Source of the DNA: Deltaproteobacteria bacterium
GTDB taxonomy: Bacteria; Myxococcota_A; Polyangia; Polyangiales; Houyiibacteriaceae
Assembly: GCA_034670305.1 (NCBI GenBank)
Contig: JAXMNT010000011.1
Span: 64,001-128,000 of the forward strand
Direction of reading: 5' to 3'
Length of the DNA stretch: 64,000 nt
Shown: positions 30,239 to 38,613 of the stretch, piece after piece
How the letters are laid out: every line of letters starts with the position of its first letter
How positions within the stretch are numbered: position 1 is the stretch's first letter
The notes under the pieces: generated by a model
What the model was told of the DNA's origin: nothing
The model's input: the letters and a program-made list of their open reading frames with translations, nothing else
The model's database searches: none
Translations under genes and position numbers: made by a program

Positions 30239-32764
30239 GTGGCACACACAGGCGCAGAGCGAATCGTCCAGGCACGGAAAGAGGCGGTGTCCGACCAGGA
30301 CTGGGCACGGTTTGTCACCACTTGCGCCGATGTGGTGGCGCAGGTCGACTCCGAAGGGGACCTCGCCGGGGCGCTGCGGTTGATCGAAGAAGTGCTCGCC
30401 GATGGGGTCGAGAGCGGGGATCCGGGCCTCCTTCACGCGTGGCGGTCGACCTTGATGGCGGCCCTTGGGGACGTGGATGGCGCGCGCGGCGCGTACGAGC
30501 AGGCGGTGGCCTCGGCGGATGCGTCGGTGCTCTCGTCCGCGATCGTGCCGGTCAGCGCCCGCGCGATGGGACGGATCGCGCTGCTCACCGGCGAGACCGA
30601 GACGGCGCTGGTGAAGTTCGAAGAGGCGGCCCGCGGGGCGACGTCGAGCGGTGCGTTGGGCGAGCAGTGTCGCGCGCTCCTCGAGGCGGCGGCGGCGTTG
30701 CTCGAACGGGATGGGCCGGCGGATGGATCGGCGGCGGTGGGCAAGCTGGCGCGGGTGCGGACGGTGCTCGACGCGGAGGACGGACTCGAAGCGATGCGGC
30801 TGCCGTTGAGGCTTCTGCTCGCGCGCGCGCGAGCGGTCACCGGCGATGTCGATGGCGGGGTGGAGGACACCGAGACGGTGATCGAGCTCGCGAAGTCGGC
30901 CGGTCGGCGCGATGTGCATTGGCGCGCACTCGCGGCGCTCGCGCAGTTGCAGTCGATGCGCGGCGCGGACTTCGTGGCACGGCGTCACGACCAAGCGGCG
31001 ATGGAGGTCCTGGAGTCGGTGGTGCTCTCGCTGCCGCTGAAGGTCCGCGAAGCGTTCTGGCGCGACCCGATTCGGCGCGCGGTGCGGCTGCGTGCGAGCG
31101 CCGCCACCGATCGGCACTCGCAGGTCGCGCGAGTCGAACCGACGGGTCTGTTCGACTCGCGGACCATGAAGCTGCTCGACGTGCTCAAGCGGCTCGCCTC
31201 GGAACACGAGCTCGATCGGCTGCTCGAGCGCATCACCGACGCGGCGGTCGAGCTGAGCGGCGCCGAACGCGGCTTCGTGCTGATGCCGAACGCCGAAGGC
31301 GCGCTCGAACCCAAACTCGTGCGCGCGGCGGCGGCCCACCCGGACGATCCTTCGGTCGCATTCAGCCAGTCCATCGCCGAAGCGGTGCTGATCGATGGTG
31401 AGCCGATCGTCACGGTGGACGCGCAGGGCGACCGGCGGCTGAGCGAGTACCTCTCGGTGCACAAGTTGATGTTGCGCTCGGTGGCGTGTCTGCCGATCCG
31501 CGGACCCTCGGGCCCGGTCGGGGTGCTCTACCTCGAACACCGGATGCGGCGCGGCCGGTTCCCGGAAGACGAACTCGATCTGCTCTTGGCGTTCGCAGAC
31601 CAGGCGGCCATCGCGCTCGAGAACGCGCGGCTCGTCGGTGAACTCGAGCGACGCAAACTCGAGCTCGAGAAAGCGAACCAAGAACTCGAGGCGGCGAAGG
31701 CCCAGGTGGAACGGGTGCTCGTCGCGCGCACCGACGAACTCGAAGACACCCGGCGCGAACTCGACCGGACCCGACTCGATGCGCGCAAGCGGTACCAGCG
31801 ACGCGGCATCATCGGTCGCTCGGAACCGATGCGGCGCGTCTTCGCGGTGATCGACCGCGTGGCGGAGACCGACGTGCCCGTGGTGGTCCAGGGCGAGAGC
31901 GGCACCGGCAAAGAGCTCGTGGCCCGCGCGGTCCACTACACCGGCACCCGCAGCAAACGATCGTTTGTGGCGCTCAACTGCGCGGCGATCCCCGAAGCGC
32001 TGATGGAGAGCGAACTCTTCGGCCACGTGCGGGGCGCGTTCACCGGCGCCGACCGCGATCGGCGCGGGGTGCTCTCGCGCGCGAGCGGCGGCACGCTCTT
32101 CCTCGACGAGGTCGGCGACATGCCGCCGAAGATGCAGGTGGATCTTCTGCGTGTGCTCCAGGACGGCAAGGTCCGCCCGGTCGGCGGCGAGGTCGACGAG
32201 GACGTGGATGTGCGCATCGTCAGTGCATCGAACAAGTCGCTGCGGGATCTGGTGGCGAGCGGCGCCTTCCGCGAAGATCTCTACTACCGGCTGAACGTGG
32301 TCGAGATTCGACTGCCGCCGCTCCGCGAACGCCACGGGGACGTCGAGATCCTGTGCGAACACTTCCTCGAGCGCATCGCCGAGCAAGAGGAGCGCCCGAA
32401 GAAGCGACTCTCACGCGAGGCGCTGGACCGGCTCCGGACCCACCCGTTGCCGGGCAACGTGCGGCAGCTCGAACACGTGCTCTTGAACGCCTGCGTGATG
32501 GTCGAAGGCGACGAGATCGCGGCGTCGGATCTCGCACTCGGCGACGTGTCCAGCAACGAGCTGGTCGTGGTCGCACAGCCCGCCGCACCCGCCCCCAGCG
32601 CGTTGCCGCCCGCGCAGACCTTCGAAGACTTCAAAGACACCGAGAAGCAGAAGATTTTGGAAGCGCTCGAGGCGCACAACTGGAACCGCGCCAAAGCCGC
32701 GCGCGCGCTCGGCATTCCTCGGCGCACCTTCTATCGACGACTCAAAGAGCACGGGATACTGTGA
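30239..32764 (+). CDS. sigma54-dependent enhancer-binding protein, TPR-GAF-coiled coil-AAA+-HTH
   Basis: GAF (GAERGFV..SVACLP), GESGTGKE, ESELFGHVRGAFTGA, PGNVRQLE, and HTH NRAKAARALGI. Confidence 0.95.
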   Translation: MAHTGAERIVQARKEAVSDQDWARFVTTCADVVAQVDSEGDLAGALRLIEEVLADGVESGDPGLLHAWRSTLMAALGDVDGARGAYEQAVASADASVLSSAIVPVSARAMGRIALLTGETETALVKFEEAARGATSSGALGEQCRALLEAAAALLERDGPADGSAAVGKLARVRTVLDAEDGLEAMRLPLRLLLARARAVTGDVDGGVEDTETVIELAKSAGRRDVHWRALAALAQLQSMRGADFVARRHDQAAMEVLESVVLSLPLKVREAFWRDPIRRAVRLRASAATDRHSQVARVEPTGLFDSRTMKLLDVLKRLASEHELDRLLERITDAAVELSGAERGFVLMPNAEGALEPKLVRAAAAHPDDPSVAFSQSIAEAVLIDGEPIVTVDAQGDRRLSEYLSVHKLMLRSVACLPIRGPSGPVGVLYLEHRMRRGRFPEDELDLLLAFADQAAIALENARLVGELERRKLELEKANQELEAAKAQVERVLVARTDELEDTRRELDRTRLDARKRYQRRGIIGRSEPMRRVFAVIDRVAETDVPVVVQGESGTGKELVARAVHYTGTRSKRSFVALNCAAIPEALMESELFGHVRGAFTGADRDRRGVLSRASGGTLFLDEVGDMPPKMQVDLLRVLQDGKVRPVGGEVDEDVDVRIVSASNKSLRDLVASGAFREDLYYRLNVVEIRLPPLRERHGDVEILCEHFLERIAEQEERPKKRLSREALDRLRTHPLPGNVRQLEHVLLNACVMVEGDEIAASDLALGDVSSNELVVVAQPAAPAPSALPPAQTFEDFKDTEKQKILEALEAHNWNRAKAARALGIPRRTFYRRLKEHGIL

Positions 32765-32769
32765 CCGGG

Positions 32770-33033
32770 ATGCGTGAACCGACGTCGGGCTCTGCCAGCC
32801 AGCTGCGCCCCCCCATCCCGCGGTGGATCACGGGCCCACTGGGACTCGCCGCGCTGCTGGTGCTCACCTCGGGATGCCCGCGCGACGTGAACGAACCCGA
32901 GCCACCGCCTGCTGCGCCCTGCACGACCAACGCGGAGTGCACGCCTGAAGGCGCCGAGTGCGGCCTGGTCTTCGTCTGCATCGACGGACTCTGCGAGACC
33001 ACGCCGAGCCGCCGCGTCCCCTGCGAACGGTAA
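32770..33033 (+). CDS. small Cys-rich lipoprotein
   Basis: LAALLVLTSGC lipobox followed by six Cys. Start is GTG 32761 or ATG 32770. Confidence 0.7.
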   Translation: MREPTSGSASQLRPPIPRWITGPLGLAALLVLTSGCPRDVNEPEPPPAAPCTTNAECTPEGAECGLVFVCIDGLCETTPSRRVPCER

Positions 33034-33038
33034 GGGCG

Positions 33039-34025
33039 CTAGCCTTCGCCTTCGCCGTCGGCTTCTTCGTCTTCTTCTTCGTCTTCGTCGGGTTCTGGAT
33101 CGCGTTCGCCCGGGTCCACCGTTTCTCGCTCGGCGCGGTCTCGCACGTAGCGGGCGGTTTCACCGGGACCGGAGCGGTCGACCCAGTACGCCTTTCGATC
33201 GCGCACATCCACGTGCACGAAGGTGCTGTTCGGGTAGTAGCCGACGCCCACCTGCGCGAGCGTCCGCAGGTAGTTGCGCAGGATCCGGTTCGAGACGCCC
33301 TGGACTCGGATGTCCGCGGCGCTTCCGCTGGTGTGGCGGCTCTCGCCACCCGAGGACTCAGACCCCGGACGGTAGCCACTGAGGATGTTCAGGGTGCGGC
33401 CCCCAAAGTGGTCCGAGACCTGGACCAGCACCCGCAGCAGCCGCGCGCTCAGTTCGTGTTCGCGGTTGGTCTGGTGATGGCGGAACAGGTGCGAGAGCCG
33501 GCGGCGCGCCGCCCGGCGCGGTCGGCCACGTGAATCGAGCACCCGGATTCGGATGCGTTCGCGCTTCGAGACCCGGAAGAAGCTCACGACCCCACGGTTG
33601 CGGGGCGAGCCCCACCGCTCCTCGGCCTCGGCCCGTACTTCGAGGTTGTCGCTCCCGGGCAGCACCAGCCGCTGCCCGAGACGCACCTGCGCGGTGACGG
33701 AGATGTCGTTCGCACGGGCCAGCTCTCGCACGTTCACACCGCGCCGGCGCGCGATGCGGCTCAGCGTCTCGCCGCGCGCGACGTAGTGCACCCCACGCTC
33801 TGGAATCACCAACCGGCTTCCGAGCTGGAGCTCGTCGGTCACCCGCAGTCCATTGGCAGCGGCCAAGTCGTGCACCCGCACGCCGTATCGGCGGGCCACC
33901 CGGCTGAGGCTGTGCCCCTGCCTCACCACGTGCTCCCGTTGGGCCTCCGCGACGCTGGGAGAGACCAGCTCTCCAAGGAAGAGGAGTGCGCAGAGCGAGA
34001 AAACGAACTCAATCCGACCGAACAT
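33039..34025 (-). CDS. LysM-repeat + DUF882/peptidase M15 (YcbK/MepK-like) protein
   Basis: Signal peptide, LysM motifs (HVVRQGHSLSRVA, HYVARGETLSRIA), SGYR, SRHTSGSAADI, GVGYY, FVHVD, and an acidic tail. Confidence 0.9.
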   Translation of the reverse strand: MFGRIEFVFSLCALLFLGELVSPSVAEAQREHVVRQGHSLSRVARRYGVRVHDLAAANGLRVTDELQLGSRLVIPERGVHYVARGETLSRIARRRGVNVRELARANDISVTAQVRLGQRLVLPGSDNLEVRAEAEERWGSPRNRGVVSFFRVSKRERIRIRVLDSRGRPRRAARRRLSHLFRHHQTNREHELSARLLRVLVQVSDHFGGRTLNILSGYRPGSESSGGESRHTSGSAADIRVQGVSNRILRNYLRTLAQVGVGYYPNSTFVHVDVRDRKAYWVDRSGPGETARYVRDRAERETVDPGERDPEPDEDEEEDEEADGEGEG

Positions 34026-34058
34026 GACGGGATGGCGTGTCACGAATGGTGCCCCGTT

Positions 34059-34074
34059 CGCAACCCCTCGGCCC
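34059..34074 (-). promoter_or_regulatory. putative sigma54 -24/-12 promoter
   Basis: Minus strand GGGCCGAGGGGTTGCG gives GG-N10-GC with TTGC, about 35 nt upstream of ATG 34025. Confidence 0.45.
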
Positions 34075-34108
34075 CCGGTTCCTGAGGGCTCTTCAGAAAG
34101 TCCTGTGA

Positions 34109-34121
34109 AATCAAGAGGTTG
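34109..34121 (+). promoter_or_regulatory. IHF consensus site
   Basis: AATCAAGAGGTTG matches WATCAANNNNTTR. Confidence 0.5.
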
Positions 34122-34371
34122 CGAGAGGTGTCTCGAAGAGGGCAGCGCAAAACGCCTGCGTGGATCCCTCTTCCCCTCTTTTTTGCCCTGCTGGGACAGG
34201 GGTGCGACCCTTGCGTTGGTTAGGTCGTTCGTTGACAACCGAGAGTTTGCGTCAGGGCTGCCTCCTAGGGCAGCTCGGAGGGTCGGATCCGTGGATCCGT
34301 CACTCCACGAAAAGATCGTGTGAAATACCTATAATTTACATCTAATTGTAGTGCCAATTAGCGAGAATTGC

Positions 34372-34400
34372 TTGACGATCCAGGGTTCCCACCATACCGT
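34372..34400 (+). promoter_or_regulatory. putative sigma70-type promoter for XRE-pil operon
   Basis: TTGACG-17 nt-TACCGT, preceded by a strongly AT-rich tract. Confidence 0.55.
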
Positions 34401-34436
34401 TTGGGAGCGTCTCGACCCCGAGATCGAAGCCCCCAA

Positions 34437-34865
34437 ATGAACAACCCAGAGACGGCACCGGAGGCCATTCCGGCCCACGACGAGGCCGCCCAAGAAGTGG
34501 CGGCAGATCAGGGTATGGAAGGCAGCCGAACCCTCGAAGTCGAAGACTTCGAGACCACCGACCCGGGTGACCGGGGAGGGGACGTCGCGTCCGAATCCGA
34601 ACCGGATCGGCCCGCAGCGGCTGCACCCAAGCCGAAGACGAAGCCAAAGGCAGCAGCCAAGCTGAAGCCGAACAACGTGAAGAAACTCCGCATCGAGCGG
34701 ATGATGTCCAAAGCGGAGCTGGCCCGACGCGCAAACCTCTCGGTTCTGACGATCGATCGTGTTGAAAAGGGTTTCGGCTCGCGGATGAATACCAAACGCA
34801 AGATTCTCGAAGCCCTAGGTCTCAGCCTCGCAGATCGCGTGAAAGTGTTTGGCGAGGAGGAGTGA
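34437..34865 (+). CDS. XRE-family HTH regulator with acidic disordered N-terminus
   Basis: NNVKKLRIERMMSKAELARRANLSVLTIDRVEKG. Ends 9 nt upstream of pilM; start uncertain. Confidence 0.85.
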   Translation: MNNPETAPEAIPAHDEAAQEVAADQGMEGSRTLEVEDFETTDPGDRGGDVASESEPDRPAAAAPKPKTKPKAAAKLKPNNVKKLRIERMMSKAELARRANLSVLTIDRVEKGFGSRMNTKRKILEALGLSLADRVKVFGEEE

Positions 34866-34874
34866 TGCGGCTCG

Positions 34875-35927
34875 ATGGCTTCCGAAGGCAAGAACTTGAT
34901 TGGGGTCGACATTGGTTCGACCTCCATCAAAGTTTGTGAGATCAAGGAGAGCCGCGGAACGCGGAAGTTGGTGCGTTTTGCGTACCACCCGCTCCCTGCG
35001 GAGACCATCGTCGATGGTCACGTGATCAACTCCGGTGCGGTTGTGGAAGGGCTTGAAATGCTCTTCCACAAGCAGCGCCGAAGAAACGTCGCGCTCCGGG
35101 CGAGTGGGCACAGTGTGATCATCAAGAAGATCGCCATGCCCCTCATGACCTCCGCCGAGCTGGCGGAGCAGATCACGTGGGAGGCGGAGCAGCACATTCC
35201 CTTCGACCTCTCCGAGGTGCACATCGACCACCAAGTCCTGCACCGCCGCGAGGCCGAGGGACAGATGGACGTGCTCTTGGTGGCCGCCAAACAGGAAGAG
35301 ATTGCAGACCTCACCAACCTGGCGCGCGAGGCCCGGCTCAAGCCGATGGTCGTCGACCTGGATGCGTTCTCTGTGCAGAACGTCTTCGAGACCGGGTACG
35401 GCACCCCCGCGCCCCACGAGACCGTGGTCCTCATCCATGTGGGTGCGTCGCTCACGACCGTGAACATCCTCGCGGGTGGCACGACGGCTTTCACCCGGGA
35501 CATCGCCAACGGCGGCAACGCGATCACCGAAGACATCCAGCGTCAGCTGAGCATCAGTCGGGACGAAGCCGAAGCGTACAAGTGCGGTGGAGACGGGCGC
35601 GGCATCGTGCCTCGCGAGGTGCCCGAGATCATCACGCAGGTCGTCGAGCAGCTCGCGGGAGAGATTCAGCGCTCGCTCGACTTCTACCTGGCGACGAGCG
35701 GCGACCGCGACTTGAGCCGAATCTTCGTGTCGGGCGGAACCGCCAACGTGCGTGCGCTGCTCGACGCGATTCATGAGCGGGCCCGCGTGCCCGTCGAGGT
35801 GCTCGACCCCCTGAAGGTGGCGCCTCCCGACTCGAAGGTGGACCCGATGGTGTTGCAGGGAAGGACCGCACAGGCCGTCGTCGCGACGGGCCTCGCGCTG
35901 CGCAAAGAGCGGGAGCGGAGAAGCTGA
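34875..35927 (+). CDS. pilM: type IV pilus assembly protein PilM
   Basis: IGVDIGSTSIK, EAEQHIPF, VLLVAAK, EIQRSLDFY, VSGGTA, GLALR. Confidence 0.97.
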   Translation: MASEGKNLIGVDIGSTSIKVCEIKESRGTRKLVRFAYHPLPAETIVDGHVINSGAVVEGLEMLFHKQRRRNVALRASGHSVIIKKIAMPLMTSAELAEQITWEAEQHIPFDLSEVHIDHQVLHRREAEGQMDVLLVAAKQEEIADLTNLAREARLKPMVVDLDAFSVQNVFETGYGTPAPHETVVLIHVGASLTTVNILAGGTTAFTRDIANGGNAITEDIQRQLSISRDEAEAYKCGGDGRGIVPREVPEIITQVVEQLAGEIQRSLDFYLATSGDRDLSRIFVSGGTANVRALLDAIHERARVPVEVLDPLKVAPPDSKVDPMVLQGRTAQAVVATGLALRKERERRS

Positions 35928-36613
35928 TGATTCGCATCAACCTATTGCCGCAGACCAAACGTGCGGCTCGATCGGCTGGCGGCGGTGGCGGCTCTGGCGG
36001 CAGTCAGCTCTGGGGCGGCATCTACCTCGTCGCGCTCGTGGTGTGGCTGGCCGTTCTCGCGGTCATCTACTTCAGCTTCGACGGCGAGCTGGAGGAGAAG
36101 CTGAAGAACAACCGCGACCTGCAAGCGCAGATCACGGAGCTGACCGCACGCAGCGAACGCCTCGACGATGTGCGCGCCGAACTCGAGTCGAGCCGCGCCC
36201 TTGAAGAGGTCGTCAACGAGCTCAACGCAGCACGCACCGGTCCGACCCGCGCGCTGATGGAGCTCTCCAAGATTCTCTCCGCGTGTCCGGCCGACCGAAC
36301 CGGCTGTGACGACGTGGGACCGACCATCGATCCTCAGGCGCTCGAAGACCTTCGACGCGACAACCCCCACGCCGGCTTCAACCGCATCTGGGATGTGCGC
36401 CGACTCTGGGTGACGAACTTCGAAGAAGAAGCCCGCGAGTGTTCGATGGAGGGCATCGGCCGCACCAACGAGGACGTCGCGGAGTTCCTGCGCCGCCTCG
36501 CGCTGTCCGAGCTCTTCGACCAGGTCACGCTCACGCGCACCTCGTCGGAACGGGACACCGAACTCAACCTCGAGCTCATCAAGTTCGAGCTGACCTGCCA
36601 GGTGATCTACTGA
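35927..36613 (+). CDS. pilN: type IV pilus assembly protein PilN
   Basis: MIRINLLP, TM and coiled coil, located after pilM. Confidence 0.95.
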   Translation: MIRINLLPQTKRAARSAGGGGGSGGSQLWGGIYLVALVVWLAVLAVIYFSFDGELEEKLKNNRDLQAQITELTARSERLDDVRAELESSRALEEVVNELNAARTGPTRALMELSKILSACPADRTGCDDVGPTIDPQALEDLRRDNPHAGFNRIWDVRRLWVTNFEEEARECSMEGIGRTNEDVAEFLRRLALSELFDQVTLTRTSSERDTELNLELIKFELTCQVIY

Positions 36614-37251
36614 TGGCCAAGTCGAACAGCTCCTCCTTCGAGAACCTCTCGCTCGGCGGCCGGATCCTCATCCTCGTCGTCATCCTCGGGTTCGCCGGCG
36701 CGATCTACTACTTCGCGTTTCACATGAGTCTGGCGGAAGACATCGAGACCGCCGAACAGCGGTACGCCACGCTCCAGAACGACCTGGTCGCCGCCGAGCA
36801 GCGGCAGCAGGACTACCTGCGACTCACGCAGGAACTGGCGAGTCGCGAACCGATCGACCGCGCCAACAAGCGGGTGCTGCCCGAGGACGCGGAGATCCCG
36901 GCGTTTCTCCAGGACCTGAACCGTCAGGCGGAATTGAGCGGGCTCGAGATCGAACTGGTGGAACCGCGTCCTGAAGAGACCGAGCAACTCTACGTTCGCA
37001 TCCCGGTCGCGCTCCGGGTCTCCGGCAAGTTCCACCAGGTCACGAAGTTCTTCTACAACATCAGCGGTCTGCCGCGCGCCATCAACATGGCGAACATCTC
37101 GCTCTCCGATCCCCAGATCACAGAGGCGGACGAGGTGGTGCTTCAGGTCGATGCGCTGGCGACCACGTTCCGCAGACCGGCGGAGACCCCGGCGGGTGCC
37201 GCTCCGGCGGCGGCCACACCCGGCGCTCCGGCGGCAGGGGGTGCCCGATGA
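36613..37251 (+). CDS. pilO: type IV pilus assembly protein PilO
   Basis: TM, coiled coil, LPEDAEIPAFL, SGL, GKFH..LPRAI, TFR. TGATG coupling to pilN. Confidence 0.93.
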   Translation: MAKSNSSSFENLSLGGRILILVVILGFAGAIYYFAFHMSLAEDIETAEQRYATLQNDLVAAEQRQQDYLRLTQELASREPIDRANKRVLPEDAEIPAFLQDLNRQAELSGLEIELVEPRPEETEQLYVRIPVALRVSGKFHQVTKFFYNISGLPRAINMANISLSDPQITEADEVVLQVDALATTFRRPAETPAGAAPAAATPGAPAAGGAR

Positions 37252-37967
37252 ACCGCGCGATGCAGACCTTGATGTGCGCGGCCGTCCTGATGGGACTGGT
37301 CGGCTGTGGCGACCCGGTCGTGGTGGGCGAAAACCCCGCCCCGACCCCGTCGCCGACTCCGACCGCGCCGACCCCCGCCCCCGAGCCGGTGGTGCTGGAA
37401 GTCGATGCCGGCGTCGAAGACGCAGGCCTCGCGTACCAGGACGACGACTTCGTCGAGCTGGACGTCGAGCACCGCGACCCGTTCCGCAGTTTCGCAGCCA
37501 GCTTCCGTCAGGTGGCCACCGGCCGCGACGTGGAGACGGTGCACAGCATCATGTCCACCAGCACGATCGACGAGATGCGCCTCATCGCGATCATCAGTGG
37601 CGTCGTGCGTCCGCGCGCCATGCTGCTCGACGGCGAAGGCGTCGGACACACCGTCGAACGTGGCGACTACATCGGTCGACCCGAAGTGATTCAAGTGGGC
37701 GGCGCCGACAGCATGCCGGTCCCCCTCCACTGGCGCGTCGCCCGCATCCGCTCCGGCGAGGTCGTCCTCACCCGCGACGATCCGACCGCCCCCGACCGCC
37801 CGCCCTTGACCCGCGTCCTCCCGCTCTACGAAGAGGGCGAAGACCCAGTCGAGATGCGCCGCCGCGCCCTCGAACGCGAACGCGAACGCCTCGAAGCCTC
37901 CGGCGAGGGCGCCTCCGCCAGACCCCCACCCGGCGCCCCGCCCCAGACGACGCAACAAACGCTCTAG
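37248..37967 (+). CDS. pilP: type IV pilus lipoprotein PilP
   Basis: Lipobox LVGC, RDPFR, RLIAII..RAMLLD..G..V..GDYIGR. Confidence 0.9.
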   Translation: MNRAMQTLMCAAVLMGLVGCGDPVVVGENPAPTPSPTPTAPTPAPEPVVLEVDAGVEDAGLAYQDDDFVELDVEHRDPFRSFAASFRQVATGRDVETVHSIMSTSTIDEMRLIAIISGVVRPRAMLLDGEGVGHTVERGDYIGRPEVIQVGGADSMPVPLHWRVARIRSGEVVLTRDDPTAPDRPPLTRVLPLYEEGEDPVEMRRRALERERERLEASGEGASARPPPGAPPQTTQQTL

Positions 37968-37991
37968 CAGCGAGAGACAGCAAGAGAGCCA

Positions 37992-38032
37992 GAGAGAGCC
38001 GCGCGCCCAAACGAAGGCGACGCGGCTTTCTC
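37992..38032 (+). terminator. hairpin after pilP (terminator-like)
   Basis: GAGAGAGCCGCGCGCC...GGCGACGCGGCTTTCTC with one bulge. Confidence 0.5.
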
Positions 38033-38040
38033 GCGTCTGG

Positions 38041-38214
38041 TCGGCATCGGAGCGGCGGATTCGGGTCGGCTTCGGCTTCGGCTTCGGCTTCGGATTCGGA
38101 TTCGGCTTCGGCTTCGGCTTCGGGTTCGGCTTCGGATTCGGCTTCGGGATCGGCTTCGGCTTCGGGATCGGCTTCGGCTTCGGATTCGGCTTCGGCTTCG
38201 GCTTCGGCTTCGGC
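38041..38214 (-). repeat. hexamer array (GCCGAA/TCCGAA/CCCGAA)n on minus strand
   Basis: Plus strand reads (TTCGGC/TTCGGA/TTCGGG)n. Confidence 0.95.
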
Positions 38215-38448
38215 AGCTACAGAGACAGAGACAGAGACAGCAGCAGCGACAGCAGCAGAGACAGCAGCAGCGACAGCAGCAGCGACAGCAGCAGCGACAG
38301 CAGCAGCGACAGCAGCAGCGACAGCAGCAGCGACAGCAGCAGGGACAGCAGCAGAGACAGCAGCAGAGACAGCAGCAGCGACAGCAGAGACAGCAGCAGA
38401 GACAGCAGCAGAGACAGCAGCAGAGACAGCAGCAGAGACAGCAGCAGC
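38215..38448 (-). repeat. 12-mer tandem repeat (CAGCAGCAG[C/A]GA)n
   Basis: Directly visible. Minus strand reads GCTGTC/TCTGCT/GCTGCT hexamers. Confidence 0.95.
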
Positions 38449-38613
38449 TCGCCCTCGGATCACGCGGTTCGCGCACCGAACCAACACCGCTCTGCACCGC
38501 ACCCGCGCTCCGATCGTCGGGCTTTCCCGCCGACCGCGCTTCCAGACACGCCACTTTTTTGATCCCGCGGAGCACTGCACGGGACAATCCGAAATGAGCC
38601 GTCTTCCAAGGAG

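Noticed and set aside
34232-34260. TTGACA in the LysM-XRE intergenic region
   Set aside because: There is no credible -10 box at 16-18 nt spacing.
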